The notes under the pieces are model-generated. The model was not told where the DNA came from, did no database searches, and saw only the letters and a program-made list of their open reading frames with translations. The position numbers and the translations under genes are program-made. From Candidatus Altimarinota bacterium (GTDB taxonomy: Bacteria; Patescibacteriota; Gracilibacteria; UBA4473), in contig OZ246423.1 in the NCBI GenBank assembly GCA_965231215.1, positions 992,001-1,056,000 on the forward strand: a stretch of DNA of 64,000 nucleotides. Direction: 5' to 3'. This document shows, one piece after another, positions 40,250 through 50,600 of the stretch. Numbering within the stretch: the first letter of the stretch is position 1; every line of letters starts with the position of its first letter.

Positions 40250-41346
40250 ATCAGACTTTGGGCTTGCTTTCTCGCATCTTTATCCGCTTCATAGATTTTT
40301 TCAATACTATCGGAGGTTTTAATGCCCTTTGTTGAGGCCATAGAGACCGTTTCTTCGATAATTTCAAAAATACGCTGAAAAGTAATTTTCCCCTCTATAA
40401 AAGCCTTTCGGGCTTCTTCATTAGCGGCATTAAAGACAAGGGGGAGTGGCCCCATATGTTCGGTACAGTGATCGAGGACTTGAAGGGTTCTAAAGACGTT
40501 TTTATCTGGTTTAGCAAAATTAAGCTGAAGACCATTAAAATCTAGTTTTGGAAGTTGAATGTGGTGTCTTTCCGGGAAATTCAGCGCATAACCAATAGGG
40601 AGTTCCATGCTTGGAGGAGACATTTGAGCCAGAAGGCTCGAGTCTGGGAATTCCACCAGAGAGTGAATAATAGATTCTCTATGGATTACAATTTCAATTT
40701 GATCTTTTCTCGCTCCAAACAAATACATCGCCTCAAAGAATTCAAGGCATTTATTGGCCAGTGTAGCTGAATCTACCGTGATTTTGGCCCCCATGTCCCA
40801 ATTAGGGTGCTCGAGAGCTTGCTCAAGGGTAACTTTAGATAAATCTTTCCATCCAAAGAAAGGACCACCAGAACAGGTCAAAAATATTTTTTCATAGGCC
40901 TTTAAATTTCCATCGTCGTTTACTAAGCACTGAAAAATAGCTGAATGTTCTGAATCTACTGGAATGATGGGGGTATTTTTTTCTTTGGCAAGAGGTATTA
41001 TCAAATCGCCTGCAGCCACCAAGCTTTCTTTATTGGCTAAAGCCAATGGGATGCCAAGTTTGAGTGTTGCTATGGTAAATTTAAGTCCTGCAAAACCGGT
41101 TATAGCATTGAGCACAATATCGGCTTCACACTGTTTTAAAAAGGCTTCTATTTGGTGATTAGTAAACGCTGATTTGGTATTGAGTAGATTTGGAATTTGG
41201 AATTTTTGAGCTATAGCTTCAAGTTCAGAAAATCGACTGTGGGCCGAAGCCCCCACAATTTGGAATGCCTCAGGATTCCGTTCCACTAGTGTAAGTGTGG
41301 ATTGTCCAATAGATCCAGTAGCCCCAAGTATTACTATTTTTTTCAT
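40246..41346 (-). CDS. dxr: 1-deoxy-D-xylulose-5-phosphate reductoisomerase
   Basis: LGATGSIG, LANKESLV, PVDSEHSAIFQ, HPNWDMGAKITVDSATL, NAANE. Confidence 0.97.
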   Translation of the reverse strand: MKKIVILGATGSIGQSTLTLVERNPEAFQIVGASAHSRFSELEAIAQKFQIPNLLNTKSAFTNHQIEAFLKQCEADIVLNAITGFAGLKFTIATLKLGIPLALANKESLVAAGDLIIPLAKEKNTPIIPVDSEHSAIFQCLVNDDGNLKAYEKIFLTCSGGPFFGWKDLSKVTLEQALEHPNWDMGAKITVDSATLANKCLEFFEAMYLFGARKDQIEIVIHRESIIHSLVEFPDSSLLAQMSPPSMELPIGYALNFPERHHIQLPKLDFNGLQLNFAKPDKNVFRTLQVLDHCTEHMGPLPLVFNAANEEARKAFIEGKITFQRIFEIIEETVSMASTKGIKTSDSIEKIYEADKDARKQAQSLI

Positions 41347-41425
41347 TCTTTCTTTTTATAAACAAAAAATTTAGTTTGTCATCCTGAGCAAATCAATGGG
41401 GGTAAATTCTAGAATCGATTAAACA

Positions 41426-42610
41426 TTAAAAACGCTGCTGGATATAAGCTTCCAAAATCTCAATGAATTGATCTTCAATATGGTCACCTTTAAGCCACTG
41501 AGATAGCTTGCCATCTATATAAACCGGCGCTTGAGCTTTTTCCATTTTTCCAGGAAGGGAGATCGCAATATCAGCATTTTTACTTTCTCCTGGGCCATTT
41601 ACGACACAGCCCATGACCGCAATATTGAGATTTTCTACCCCTGGATAAGTTTCTTTCCACTGGTTTAATTTTTGATCAATTAATTTGTTCACACGAAGAG
41701 CTAAATCTTGAAAAAACGTACTGGTGGTTCTTCCACAACCAGGGCAAGAAGTGACCTTTGGACGAAATTTTTGTAAGTCTAAACTCTGCAAAATATGTTG
41801 GCAGACTTCTACTTCTTCAGTCCGAGGAGTTTCTTTGTTTGGAGTGAGCGAAACTCGGATAGTATCTCCAATGTTTTTTTGTAGAAGCGTTCCGAGTGCG
41901 ATGCTACTAGAAACAATTCCCTGGATGCCACTTCCGGCTTCAGTTAAGCCCAGATGGAGGCAATAGTTGGATTCTTTGGTAACCAGTTCATAGGCTTTAA
42001 TGACCTGATTTACCTCAGAAATTTTTACCGACACGACAATCTGGTTTTTTGTGAGCCCATAAATTTCAGCGAGGTGGGCTGAGTTTAGAGCCGATTTGAC
42101 CATAGCTTTTACAAAAATTTCATCACTAGAGAGGGGATTAGGGGATCGAGCATTGAGTTCCATAAGGGCGTCTAAAACTTTTGGGTCTAAGCTCCCTCCA
42201 TTAACTCCAATTCTTACAGGTTTATTATTTTTGATCGCGATTTCCACCATTTCTTTAAAATTCGTGTCATCGGCATTCCCAGGATTGATCCGGTATTTAT
42301 CAAGCGCCTTGGCACAATCTGGAAAACGTTTAAGCAACTTATTCCCATTGAAGTGGAAATCTCCCACGATAGGGACATCGGATACCTTTCGAACTTCTGT
42401 TACTATGGCTGGCACAGCCTGAGCGGCCTCGTCACTATTAACCGTAATACGTACTATCTGAGCCCCAGCTTGGTTGAGTTCCAAAATCTGAGTGACCGTA
42501 GCCTTAATATCGCTCGTATCGGTATTAGTCATGGACTGAATAGCAACAGGATTGCCGCCTCCAATTTGGATGGAACCGATGGTGACTATTGGGGTTGCTC
42601 GTTGTTTCAT
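41426..42610 (-). CDS. ispG: (E)-4-hydroxy-3-methylbut-2-enyl-diphosphate synthase
   Basis: QSMTNT, DFHFNG, RINPGN, HLGLTEAG, GDTIRVSL, SCPGCGRT, MGCVVNGPGE. Confidence 0.98.
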   Translation of the reverse strand: MKQRATPIVTIGSIQIGGGNPVAIQSMTNTDTSDIKATVTQILELNQAGAQIVRITVNSDEAAQAVPAIVTEVRKVSDVPIVGDFHFNGNKLLKRFPDCAKALDKYRINPGNADDTNFKEMVEIAIKNNKPVRIGVNGGSLDPKVLDALMELNARSPNPLSSDEIFVKAMVKSALNSAHLAEIYGLTKNQIVVSVKISEVNQVIKAYELVTKESNYCLHLGLTEAGSGIQGIVSSSIALGTLLQKNIGDTIRVSLTPNKETPRTEEVEVCQHILQSLDLQKFRPKVTSCPGCGRTTSTFFQDLALRVNKLIDQKLNQWKETYPGVENLNIAVMGCVVNGPGESKNADIAISLPGKMEKAQAPVYIDGKLSQWLKGDHIEDQFIEILEAYIQQRF

Positions 42611-42689
42611 GTCCTAATGATTTGGTTCTACCGTTTTGATAAGGGTTGTCGAGTCCAGAGAGTATTGACTTTTTTAAATTAAATTTTTT

Positions 42690-43613
42690 TTATTTTAATT
42701 CTGGAGGCAGGGGAAAACGAAGCCCCGATTCATCTTTGGTGAGCACAACTTCAATAATTACTTCTGGATTTTTGGTTTTGGCTTTTTCAATTACTTGATT
42801 GACTAAACTATCAGGGACAGAAGCGCCCGAGGTAAGGCCGAGGTGTTTATGTTCAAAGATATGTTCAGGAATAGCCTCCACTGTATCATAGAGTTTAGCG
42901 TCCGTATCACACTTTTGGGACGTGACCACCATTTTATTAGAATTAGAAGAATTACTGGAGCCAATCACTACGATATAATCAGATTTTTTAGCTAAAACCT
43001 TCACCGCATCTTGTCGGTTTTGAGTAGCATAGCAGAGATCTCCAGGTTCTCTAAGGTGAGGAATTTTGGTCTTTAGTTTTTCAATAAGTATTTTAGTATC
43101 ATCTACCGATAAAGTAGTCTGGGTCAGGACTACACACTTTTTTTCTTTATATTTTGAACTCATTATTTGTTCAATATTTGATTCGTTCTCAATCAATATC
43201 ATAGGGGCCACATCGGTAACGCCAATGGCCTCTTGGTGTTTTTTTTGTCCGATATAAAAAATTTCGTATCCATCGTCATGAAATTTTTGAGCTTCCCAGT
43301 GAACCTTCGTGACCAAAGGGCACGTAGCGTCAATAAGGGTAATATTTTTTTGCTCGGCTTTTCGTCGGAAACTGGGAGCCGTTCCATGAGCCGACAAGAT
43401 ATATACAGCCCCTTCAGGAATGGCTTCTAGATTATCAGAAAAGGTTACGCCCTGAGAACGAAAAGATTCTACAACAGTTCGGTTATGTACGATTTCATGG
43501 TTCACCCAAAGAGGGGCATCAAAACGTGCCAAAGCTAAATTTACAATCTCGATGGCTCTTTCCACACCGGCGCAGAATCCTCGTGGAGAAGCCAGGTATA
43601 TTTTTTGGATCAT
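42690..43613 (-). CDS. ispH: 4-hydroxy-3-methylbut-2-enyl diphosphate reductase
   Basis: PRGFCAGVERA, IVHN, SAHG, DATCPLV, QTTLS, CYATQNRQ, SSNS. Confidence 0.98.
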   Translation of the reverse strand: MIQKIYLASPRGFCAGVERAIEIVNLALARFDAPLWVNHEIVHNRTVVESFRSQGVTFSDNLEAIPEGAVYILSAHGTAPSFRRKAEQKNITLIDATCPLVTKVHWEAQKFHDDGYEIFYIGQKKHQEAIGVTDVAPMILIENESNIEQIMSSKYKEKKCVVLTQTTLSVDDTKILIEKLKTKIPHLREPGDLCYATQNRQDAVKVLAKKSDYIVVIGSSNSSNSNKMVVTSQKCDTDAKLYDTVEAIPEHIFEHKHLGLTSGASVPDSLVNQVIEKAKTKNPEVIIEVVLTKDESGLRFPLPPELK

Positions 43614-44077
43614 TAGTTTGTATCACCTACAAAGCTAAACATAACCTTTCGTTCTCGTGGATGGTCTAATTCAACCATTAAAATTTGTTGCCAGGTGCCT
43701 AGCTGCATTTTGCCTTCCAGTACGGGGATAGTCTCAGAAGCACTTCCAAGAAGCATTTGTGCCACGTGTGAGTGCCCATTGAGACACTCTTCTTTAGAAA
43801 TAGGGCAGAGCGTAGCTGGATCTCGGATTTCCAGGTCATTGTGCTGGTAGCCCTCCTCACTAGGAGGCGCGATTTCTTCGCTTATGACTCGCTTAATGTC
43901 GTTGAAAAACCCAGCTTCATCTTCATTAATTTTTATGGCTACAGTGGTATGTTGTACGTACACATTGACGATTCCTTCCTTGGCCTTAATGTCTTTTAAA
44001 AATAGTTCCACGTGCGATGTAATATTTTCAATCGCAAAAAAATCCTTTGTCTGAAACGTTAATACCTTACTCTTCAT
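43613..44077 (-). CDS. yjbQ: YjbQ/UPF0047 family protein
   Basis: HTT.AI.INE, YQHND, NGHSH, LGTWQ....ELD..RER. Confidence 0.9.
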   Translation of the reverse strand: MKSKVLTFQTKDFFAIENITSHVELFLKDIKAKEGIVNVYVQHTTVAIKINEDEAGFFNDIKRVISEEIAPPSEEGYQHNDLEIRDPATLCPISKEECLNGHSHVAQMLLGSASETIPVLEGKMQLGTWQQILMVELDHPRERKVMFSFVGDTN

Positions 44078-44176
44078 ATGTTTTTACCGGCTGATACTAG
44101 GTAAAATCTGCGGAGCGTCAAATTTCAAAAACTTTGATTGAAAAAATTTAATAATAAGGCATTATGCCTTCTGAAA

Positions 44177-44767
44177 ATGTCAGAAGGAATGGGCGGTCTC
44201 GAGGATTTGATGATGGGCCAGGTGTCTGAAGAAGCAAAAGAGTCCGATGAACAAATACAGGCTCGTATTGCGGCGGCTCAGGCCAAACTTGCAAAAATTC
44301 GAAAAGATGAATCAAAGGCCAAAAATTTTGATGATATTTTGGCGAAACTAATTCCAAATTTAGCTGGAAATCACCTAGAGATGGTGATCTTTTTTATTAA
44401 CCATGAGGTACCAAGTTTGACGATTTTAGCGATTCTTTCTATCGGAAATGATGAAGCAGGAAAAGTGTGCTTTGTAGAATTTCAAGAGCAGATCAAACAC
44501 AAAGCGGACTTTTCAAGTGCTAAACTTCCAGCTAAAGCAGATGAAAAAGTGTCTTATTGGTGGACGTTTATTTATGCAGCTGATCATGTAACAACGGTAA
44601 CACGTTTAAAAGACCTCAGGGAGAATGTAGATTTTGTAAAAAAATGCTCACACTACCTTGGCGTGCTACTGCATGAATTTTTGATCAATAACAAAATTGA
44701 GAACTTTAACCAAAACGCGCTTAAAAAAATCCTCAAACAATACGAAACTCAGATTTTTGCAGAGTAG
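44177..44767 (+). CDS. Hypothetical helical protein
   Basis: ORF from ATG 44177; no recognised motif. Confidence 0.75.
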   Translation: MSEGMGGLEDLMMGQVSEEAKESDEQIQARIAAAQAKLAKIRKDESKAKNFDDILAKLIPNLAGNHLEMVIFFINHEVPSLTILAILSIGNDEAGKVCFVEFQEQIKHKADFSSAKLPAKADEKVSYWWTFIYAADHVTTVTRLKDLRENVDFVKKCSHYLGVLLHEFLINNKIENFNQNALKKILKQYETQIFAE

Positions 44768-44915
44768 GGCTTAAGGCTTTCCAAGATTGTTTATTATAAG
44801 TTTTTTCCATCTTTCTCGCCCTTTTATTATGAAATCTCTGTCCTTACGCTGCAGAGTGATTCCATAGTCTTCTTTTAAAATATTTTCATGTTTTTTATTT
44901 GAATGCCAAGGATTT

Positions 44916-46226
44916 TTACTTAATCACAAACTCTACAGAAAGAATTCTGTCTTCTTCGCACTCTTTGACTCTGAACACGAATTTTTTGCCTCTCTCGGTA
45001 AGGGATAAAGACTCTCCGACTTCTGGGAATTTCTCCATTTTTTCAAGCAAGAAAAGCCCAATGGTTTTGTTCTCGTCCTCTAGTTCCCACGGCCAGAATT
45101 CTGGTGTAGTTCCGTTCATTCTTTCCTTAATAAACTCTTCGAGTTGTTCTAGTTCTACTTCGCTACTAGCGGTAAAAGATTTTTTTCCAGATTGGCGAAT
45201 TTCAAGGCGCTCTTCGTCTTGCTCATCATGAATTTCCCCAAAGATTTCTTCCAGTACATCTTCTAAAGTGATCAGTCCTACTAAACCACCATGTTCATCA
45301 TAAACTATGGCCATATGAGTTTTTTCCTGACGAAACTCATTAAGGAGCGTATCAATCTTCATCGTTACCGGAATTTTGTAGGGTTTGTTGAGAGGCAGGT
45401 TCGCAACCTTGAGGTCTTTAAATCCTTTTTCACTCATTTTTCCAATAATGCCATGGACACTTAGAATTCCCGTAATTTGATCTAGTGTTTCATGATAGAC
45501 AGGGATTCGTGAAAACTTACACTCTCGAATTTCATCAAGGGCTTCTGTAATAGTAGCGTCGTCTTTGAAGGCTGTAATTTTTGACCGAGAGGTCATAACA
45601 TTTTCAACGGTATGCTCCCCAAATTCCAAGATTTTTTCGACCCATTCTTTTTCATCACGTTCAATTTTTCCTTCAGCTTCACTTAGCTCTAGAGCGGCTT
45701 TGAGCTCATCTTCGGTCAGGCCGTGTTGTTCCTCCTCTTCTCCAGAAACATTTTGTATAAATCTGGAAAGTGGAATAACAATCGGAGACAAAAGTATTTG
45801 TAACACAGCCAGAATTGGGGCAACAAAGAGTGAAAACCTTACCGCGTGTTTATGGGCTAAACTTTTAGGGGTGATTTCTCCAAAAAGTAATATCAGGAAT
45901 GTCATAATTCCCGTGACTACTCCCACGACCAAAGCTTCACTATTTCCAGCGCCAAAACTTTCAGCACTTTTGGTGGCCATGAGCGTAGCAATGGCAGAAG
46001 CCGCCACATTTACCACATTGTTACCAATCAAAATAGTTACTAGTAACTTCTGTGGATCGGCTTTAAGCGCTTCAAGCCGAGCGATAGCCTGCAGGGTTTT
46101 GGCTTTTTCTGTTTGTTTTTTGAGAGCTGCAATACGTTCTGCCCCAACGCTAAAGAGGGCAATTTCAGCTCCAGAAAAGAATCCAGATAGAATTAAAAGA
46201 AAAAACAGAAACAAAATTTCGTTCAT
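44916..46226 (-). CDS. CNNM/CorB/TlyC-family (DUF21 + CBS pair + CorC_HlyC) putative Mg2+ transporter
   Basis: SGFFSGAEIALFS, TILIGNNVVN, FGEITPKS, FSRIPVY, HMAIVYDEHGG..GLITLEDVLEEIFGEIHDE. Confidence 0.93.
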   Translation of the reverse strand: MNEILFLFFLLILSGFFSGAEIALFSVGAERIAALKKQTEKAKTLQAIARLEALKADPQKLLVTILIGNNVVNVAASAIATLMATKSAESFGAGNSEALVVGVVTGIMTFLILLFGEITPKSLAHKHAVRFSLFVAPILAVLQILLSPIVIPLSRFIQNVSGEEEEQHGLTEDELKAALELSEAEGKIERDEKEWVEKILEFGEHTVENVMTSRSKITAFKDDATITEALDEIRECKFSRIPVYHETLDQITGILSVHGIIGKMSEKGFKDLKVANLPLNKPYKIPVTMKIDTLLNEFRQEKTHMAIVYDEHGGLVGLITLEDVLEEIFGEIHDEQDEERLEIRQSGKKSFTASSEVELEQLEEFIKERMNGTTPEFWPWELEDENKTIGLFLLEKMEKFPEVGESLSLTERGKKFVFRVKECEEDRILSVEFVIK

Positions 46227-46324
46227 AATTGAAAAATATTGATATCAAAAAAGGGTAGCTCATTGGAGCTATTGAAGTGTGTTTTCGGGAACAGCATCTC
46301 CCCAGGGTCGGGTTCGTCGGTCAT
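46223..46324 (-). CDS. Putative MgtL-like leader peptide (33 aa) coupled to the CNNM gene
   Basis: Manual translation MTDEPDPGEMLFPKTHFNSSNELPFFDINIFQL*; its TGA overlaps the CNNM ATG (ATGA). Confidence 0.65.
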   Translation of the reverse strand: MTDEPDPGEMLFPKTHFNSSNELPFFDINIFQL

Positions 46325-46347
46325 TTTTTGCAAGTGTTGTAGAAGTT

Positions 46348-46375
46348 AGTTTAACCCAAAAAATGGCGTCGTCAA
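46348..46375 (-). promoter_or_regulatory. Sigma70-like promoter for the leader ORF and CNNM gene
   Basis: TTGACG-16 bp-TAAACT on the minus strand, about 23 nt upstream of the leader ATG. Confidence 0.6.
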
Positions 46376-46455
46376 AAAATAATTAGTTTAGCCAAAAATG
46401 AAAAAACTCTATATTTTTTTTTGCATCAAGGCGCTTTACGATACAATGAAAACAC

Positions 46456-47562
46456 ATGAAAGTTGTTATCCCACAAAACGATCTTTTGGAGAGTCTTAAA
46501 ACCGTTTCTAGAGCGGTTTCCAGCGCCAACACGCTTCCGGTGCTTGGCAATATTTTAATCAAAGCTCAAGGTAAAAAATTATATTTAGCTGCTACAAATT
46601 TAGAGATATCGATTTCTACCTCAGTAGAAGCCGATATAAAAAATGAAGGAGCCATTACGGTTCCCGCTAAGGTTTTGACTTCTTATACCTCTCTTTTAGG
46701 AAAAGAAGAAGATATTGAACTTAAAGTGGTTGATGGAACAGCTCTAGAGCTTAACTCGAAAAGCTCCAAAACCAAAATTAAAGGCATTGCAGCTGATGAA
46801 TTTCCAGAGATTGCCCGAGTAGATGGAGGGACTAAACTTGATATAGAAGCTGGTACCTTCCGAGAAACGGTACACGAAGTGGCTTTTGCCGCCCAAGAAA
46901 ATTCTTCTCGCCCCATTTTAGCTGGGGTATACCTTGCGGCAAAAGGAACAGAGCTAAAAGTTGCGGCTACAGATTCTTATAGACTATCAGAGAAAAAAGT
47001 AACCCTGCCTTCAGATGTAGGGGAAGTGATTTGTGTGATACCCGTGAGAGCTTTTTTAGAGGCCGACAGATTAGCTTCTCAACACGAAGAAAATATTACC
47101 GTTACGGTTTCTGAAAACCAAGTCATGTTTAGTGTGGGCGGAACAGAACTTGTTTCTAGGCTCATCGAAGGACAATTCCCTCCCTATGAACAGATATTGC
47201 CCTCAAGCCACAAAACTTCCGTGGAAGTAGACAAAGAAGCGCTTGGTCTGGCTGTGCGAAGGGTCTCAATCTTCGCCAAAGAAAACAACCAACATATGAA
47301 ATTAGAATTCCTTAACGATGGAACCATGAGTGTGTCGACAGACGCGACTCAAATAGGAGAAGAAAAAACAACAATTCCGGTAAAGATTGATGGAGACACC
47401 AACGTTATTGCCCTTAATGCCGACTACGTGCTAGATGTGCTTGGCGCCATGGGAAGTGATGAAAAAGTGGCTTTAGAGATTGAAGGGAAGATGAATCCAG
47501 CGGTTTTTAAGCGAATTGGAAAAGCTGACTTTGTGCATTTGATCATGCCATTGAAAGTATAG
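46456..47562 (+). CDS. dnaN: DNA polymerase III beta sliding clamp
   Basis: LPVLGNIL, ATNLEISI, SRPILAGV, ATDSYRLS, SRLIEGQFP.Y, LIMPL. Confidence 0.98.
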   Translation: MKVVIPQNDLLESLKTVSRAVSSANTLPVLGNILIKAQGKKLYLAATNLEISISTSVEADIKNEGAITVPAKVLTSYTSLLGKEEDIELKVVDGTALELNSKSSKTKIKGIAADEFPEIARVDGGTKLDIEAGTFRETVHEVAFAAQENSSRPILAGVYLAAKGTELKVAATDSYRLSEKKVTLPSDVGEVICVIPVRAFLEADRLASQHEENITVTVSENQVMFSVGGTELVSRLIEGQFPPYEQILPSSHKTSVEVDKEALGLAVRRVSIFAKENNQHMKLEFLNDGTMSVSTDATQIGEEKTTIPVKIDGDTNVIALNADYVLDVLGAMGSDEKVALEIEGKMNPAVFKRIGKADFVHLIMPLKV

Positions 47563-47678
47563 AAAAACTTGCATTTCCCCAAAGATCTTTATAATCAGGC
47601 CAACGAATGCATATTCTTCGTCCGTTTTTTGTATGTTAGCCCCCTTTAACTAAGCCTCAAGCGCTTGGTTTCTTCAAT

Positions 47679-50600
47679 ATGTCGGTCATTGAGAAAATTA
47701 AAAATTTACCTTTTAACCTTGATTTGAGCGAACCGCTCAAGTACTTAGAGGATCATAAAAATCTCACACTCGTAAATGTAGGGAACACCGCCGCAAAGTC
47801 TTTTTTGATTGCAGAGATGCTCCGTCACACACCATTCAAAAATATTTTCTGGGCCAGTACCGATGAGCGGATGGATGACCTGTATCCCTCTGCCTTTTTA
47901 TGGTTTGGACATTCCATCGTGAAGATTCCATCGGAGTTTAGCTATGCGAAGTTTTACCAACTTCTCAAAGCCCTTGAATCCAAAGAGCAAAACCTCTTTC
48001 TCTTTGAAGATTTTGCGGCCTATTTAGAACACAAATTTCCTACAAAAAAGGAGCTCGAAGATTCAAAAATTGTGTTAAAGAAAGGAGAATCTATAAAAAT
48101 TTATGAACTGTTTGAACGACTAGAAAAACAAGGGTATCGCCCAGCTGAAGATGACCTATTAAACCCTGGAGAATTTTTACGAAAAGGGGAGAGTTTCTTT
48201 TTGTATCCTATAAATGCTTTTGCGTGTCTACGGATCACACTCTTTGGTGATGAAATTGAAGATATTGAGGTGTATCCTCAAACCACAGATAAAGAAAAAA
48301 CCAAGTCAGAATCTCTAAAGTTGTGTGAAATTTTCCCGGCTGATTTTAAGGATAATTCCCAGCACGGAAGTTTTTTAGAGTGGTTGGGAGAAGATGAAGG
48401 GAATTTATTTATTGCGGATGATTTAGAAAAAGACATCTGCGGAGAAAGGAATTTTCATAAAGTGAAATTTACGACCTTTCCAGAAAATACAGAAAAGTTT
48501 TTTCACCTAAATTTCTTTTCCGTGCTGCCTTTTTACACTATTCCAGATTTTGTAGTAGAACTCAAAGAGCGACTTCGTCGAGAATTTAGTGTGGTCATCC
48601 TCACCAAAAAATTCACCGAAATTCACAACGTTTTTAAAGAATACGAAGTTATGCACACAGAGGACTTAAACCAAAGGGCGCCCTCTACCGTGCATATTGT
48701 AAAACTGGGGAAAGAAGACTTCATGCCACACTCTTTCCAAAACAATGAAAAGAAACTGCTGCTTTTGACCGATCGTGAAATCTTTCAGTTCAAACGAACC
48801 TCGCGTCAGAAAAAAGCCATTTCTGGAATGAACTTTGACCTGATTAACTCGCTCAAACCAAGTGACTTTGTGGTACATTTAGACCATGGGATTGCTCAGT
48901 TTGAAGGGATCGTTAGGCGCCAAGTGCAGGAAGGGATGCGGGAATACCTCAAACTTAAATATGCCGGTTCTGATAAGCTCTTTGTACCGGTTGAGTCAGC
49001 TGAAAAAGTTTCAAAATTTGTAGGAAATGATGATCCCAGGCTTACCAAACTGGGAGGAGCCGAGTGGCAAACGCTTCAGCGAAAGATCAAAGCTGAAACT
49101 GAAAAAGTCGCCAAAGAATTACTCAAAATTTACGCCGCCAGAGAACTCGCGAGAGGCAACAAGTTCACGCCTAATGACGATATGATGGATGATTTTTGTG
49201 CGGGGTTCCCGTATGAACTCACCCCAGGGCAACGTCAGGCTTGGGAAGACGTGCGAATGGATATGGAGCACAAAAAACCTATGGATCGTTTGGTCTGTGG
49301 AGATGTGGGATTCGGAAAAACTGAAATCGCTATGAGAGCCGCCTTTAAAGCCTTTCGGTCTGGATATCAATGCGCGTTGCTGGCGCCTATTACAATCCTG
49401 GCCGAACAGCACTATCAGAGTTTTATTAAACGCATTGTCGGTAAAAACTATGGCGTGCGGGTAGAGCTGATGTCACGGTTCCAGAGTGTAGCCGAACAGA
49501 AAAAAATTTTAAAAGATCTAGAATTTGGATTAGTGGATATTGTAATTGGAACCCACAGACTTCTCTCTGAAGATGTAAAATTTAAAAACCTAGGACTCTT
49601 GGTTATTGATGAAGAACAGCGGTTTGGAGTGAAACAAAAAGAACGCCTTAAAGGACTACGGTCTGATGTAGATATTTTAACTTTGACAGCGACGCCCATT
49701 CCACGAACCCTTCATATGGGACTCAATAAACTCAAAGATGTTTCTACCATCACCACCCCGCCACCAGGGCGATTACCAGTGGTAACGGAAGTTCGGAAAT
49801 ATAACCTCAATCTTATCGCTGAACGCATTATGTTTGAGAAAGAAAGAGGCGGACAAGTGTATTTTCTCCACAATGAGGTGCGAACCATTGAATCCCTCAA
49901 ACAGCAGCTAGAGTCACTCATGCCCAGTATTAATTTTATTGTCGCGCATGGACAGTTGACGCCTCAGGAACTAGAAAACCGAATTAGAAAATTCAAAGAT
50001 GGAAATGTTGATGTGCTCATTGCTTCAACCATCATTGAGAATGGAATTGATCTCCCAAATGCCAATACCTTACTAGTAAACAAAGCCGAAAAATTTGGAC
50101 TCTCACAGCTATATCAACTGCGTGGACGAGTAGGACGAGGGCGAACTCAAGCCTATGCCTATTTCCTCTACCAGGGACAAAAATTAGAGATTGATGCGCG
50201 TAAACGCTTACGAGCCATTGTAGAAGCGTCAGAACTGGGAGCGGGTTTCCAAATCGCCATGAAAGATTTAGAAATTCGTGGAGCCGGAGAGATTTTAGGA
50301 GCCAACCAATCTGGAGCCATGAAAGATACCGGAGTCTCTCACTTTGTGCGGATGCTCAATAAAACCGTCGAAGAAATGAAGTCTGGAGCCATTGCCTCAG
50401 AGGTAGAGGAAGAAGAAAATGTAACGGTAGAAATTCCGCTTTCGGCCTATATTCCACCGCACTTTATCCCGAATGCGGATGAAAAAATCCAGGTGTATCA
50501 AGAACTCGCTTCTAGTGAGAATGAAACGCACCTTGAAGATATCAAAAAAGACCTCAAAGAAGACTACGGAGTATTGCCCATAGAGGTAGAAAATTTGTGT

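Noticed and set aside
44768-44915. Short open minus-strand frame (..LKEDYGITLQRKD..)
   Set aside because: No convincing start codon; too short to support.
45565-46242. 225-aa plus-strand ORF
   Set aside because: Antisense shadow of the CNNM gene; no motif.
46456-47678. Replication origin near dnaN
   Set aside because: No dnaA and no DnaA-box cluster seen.
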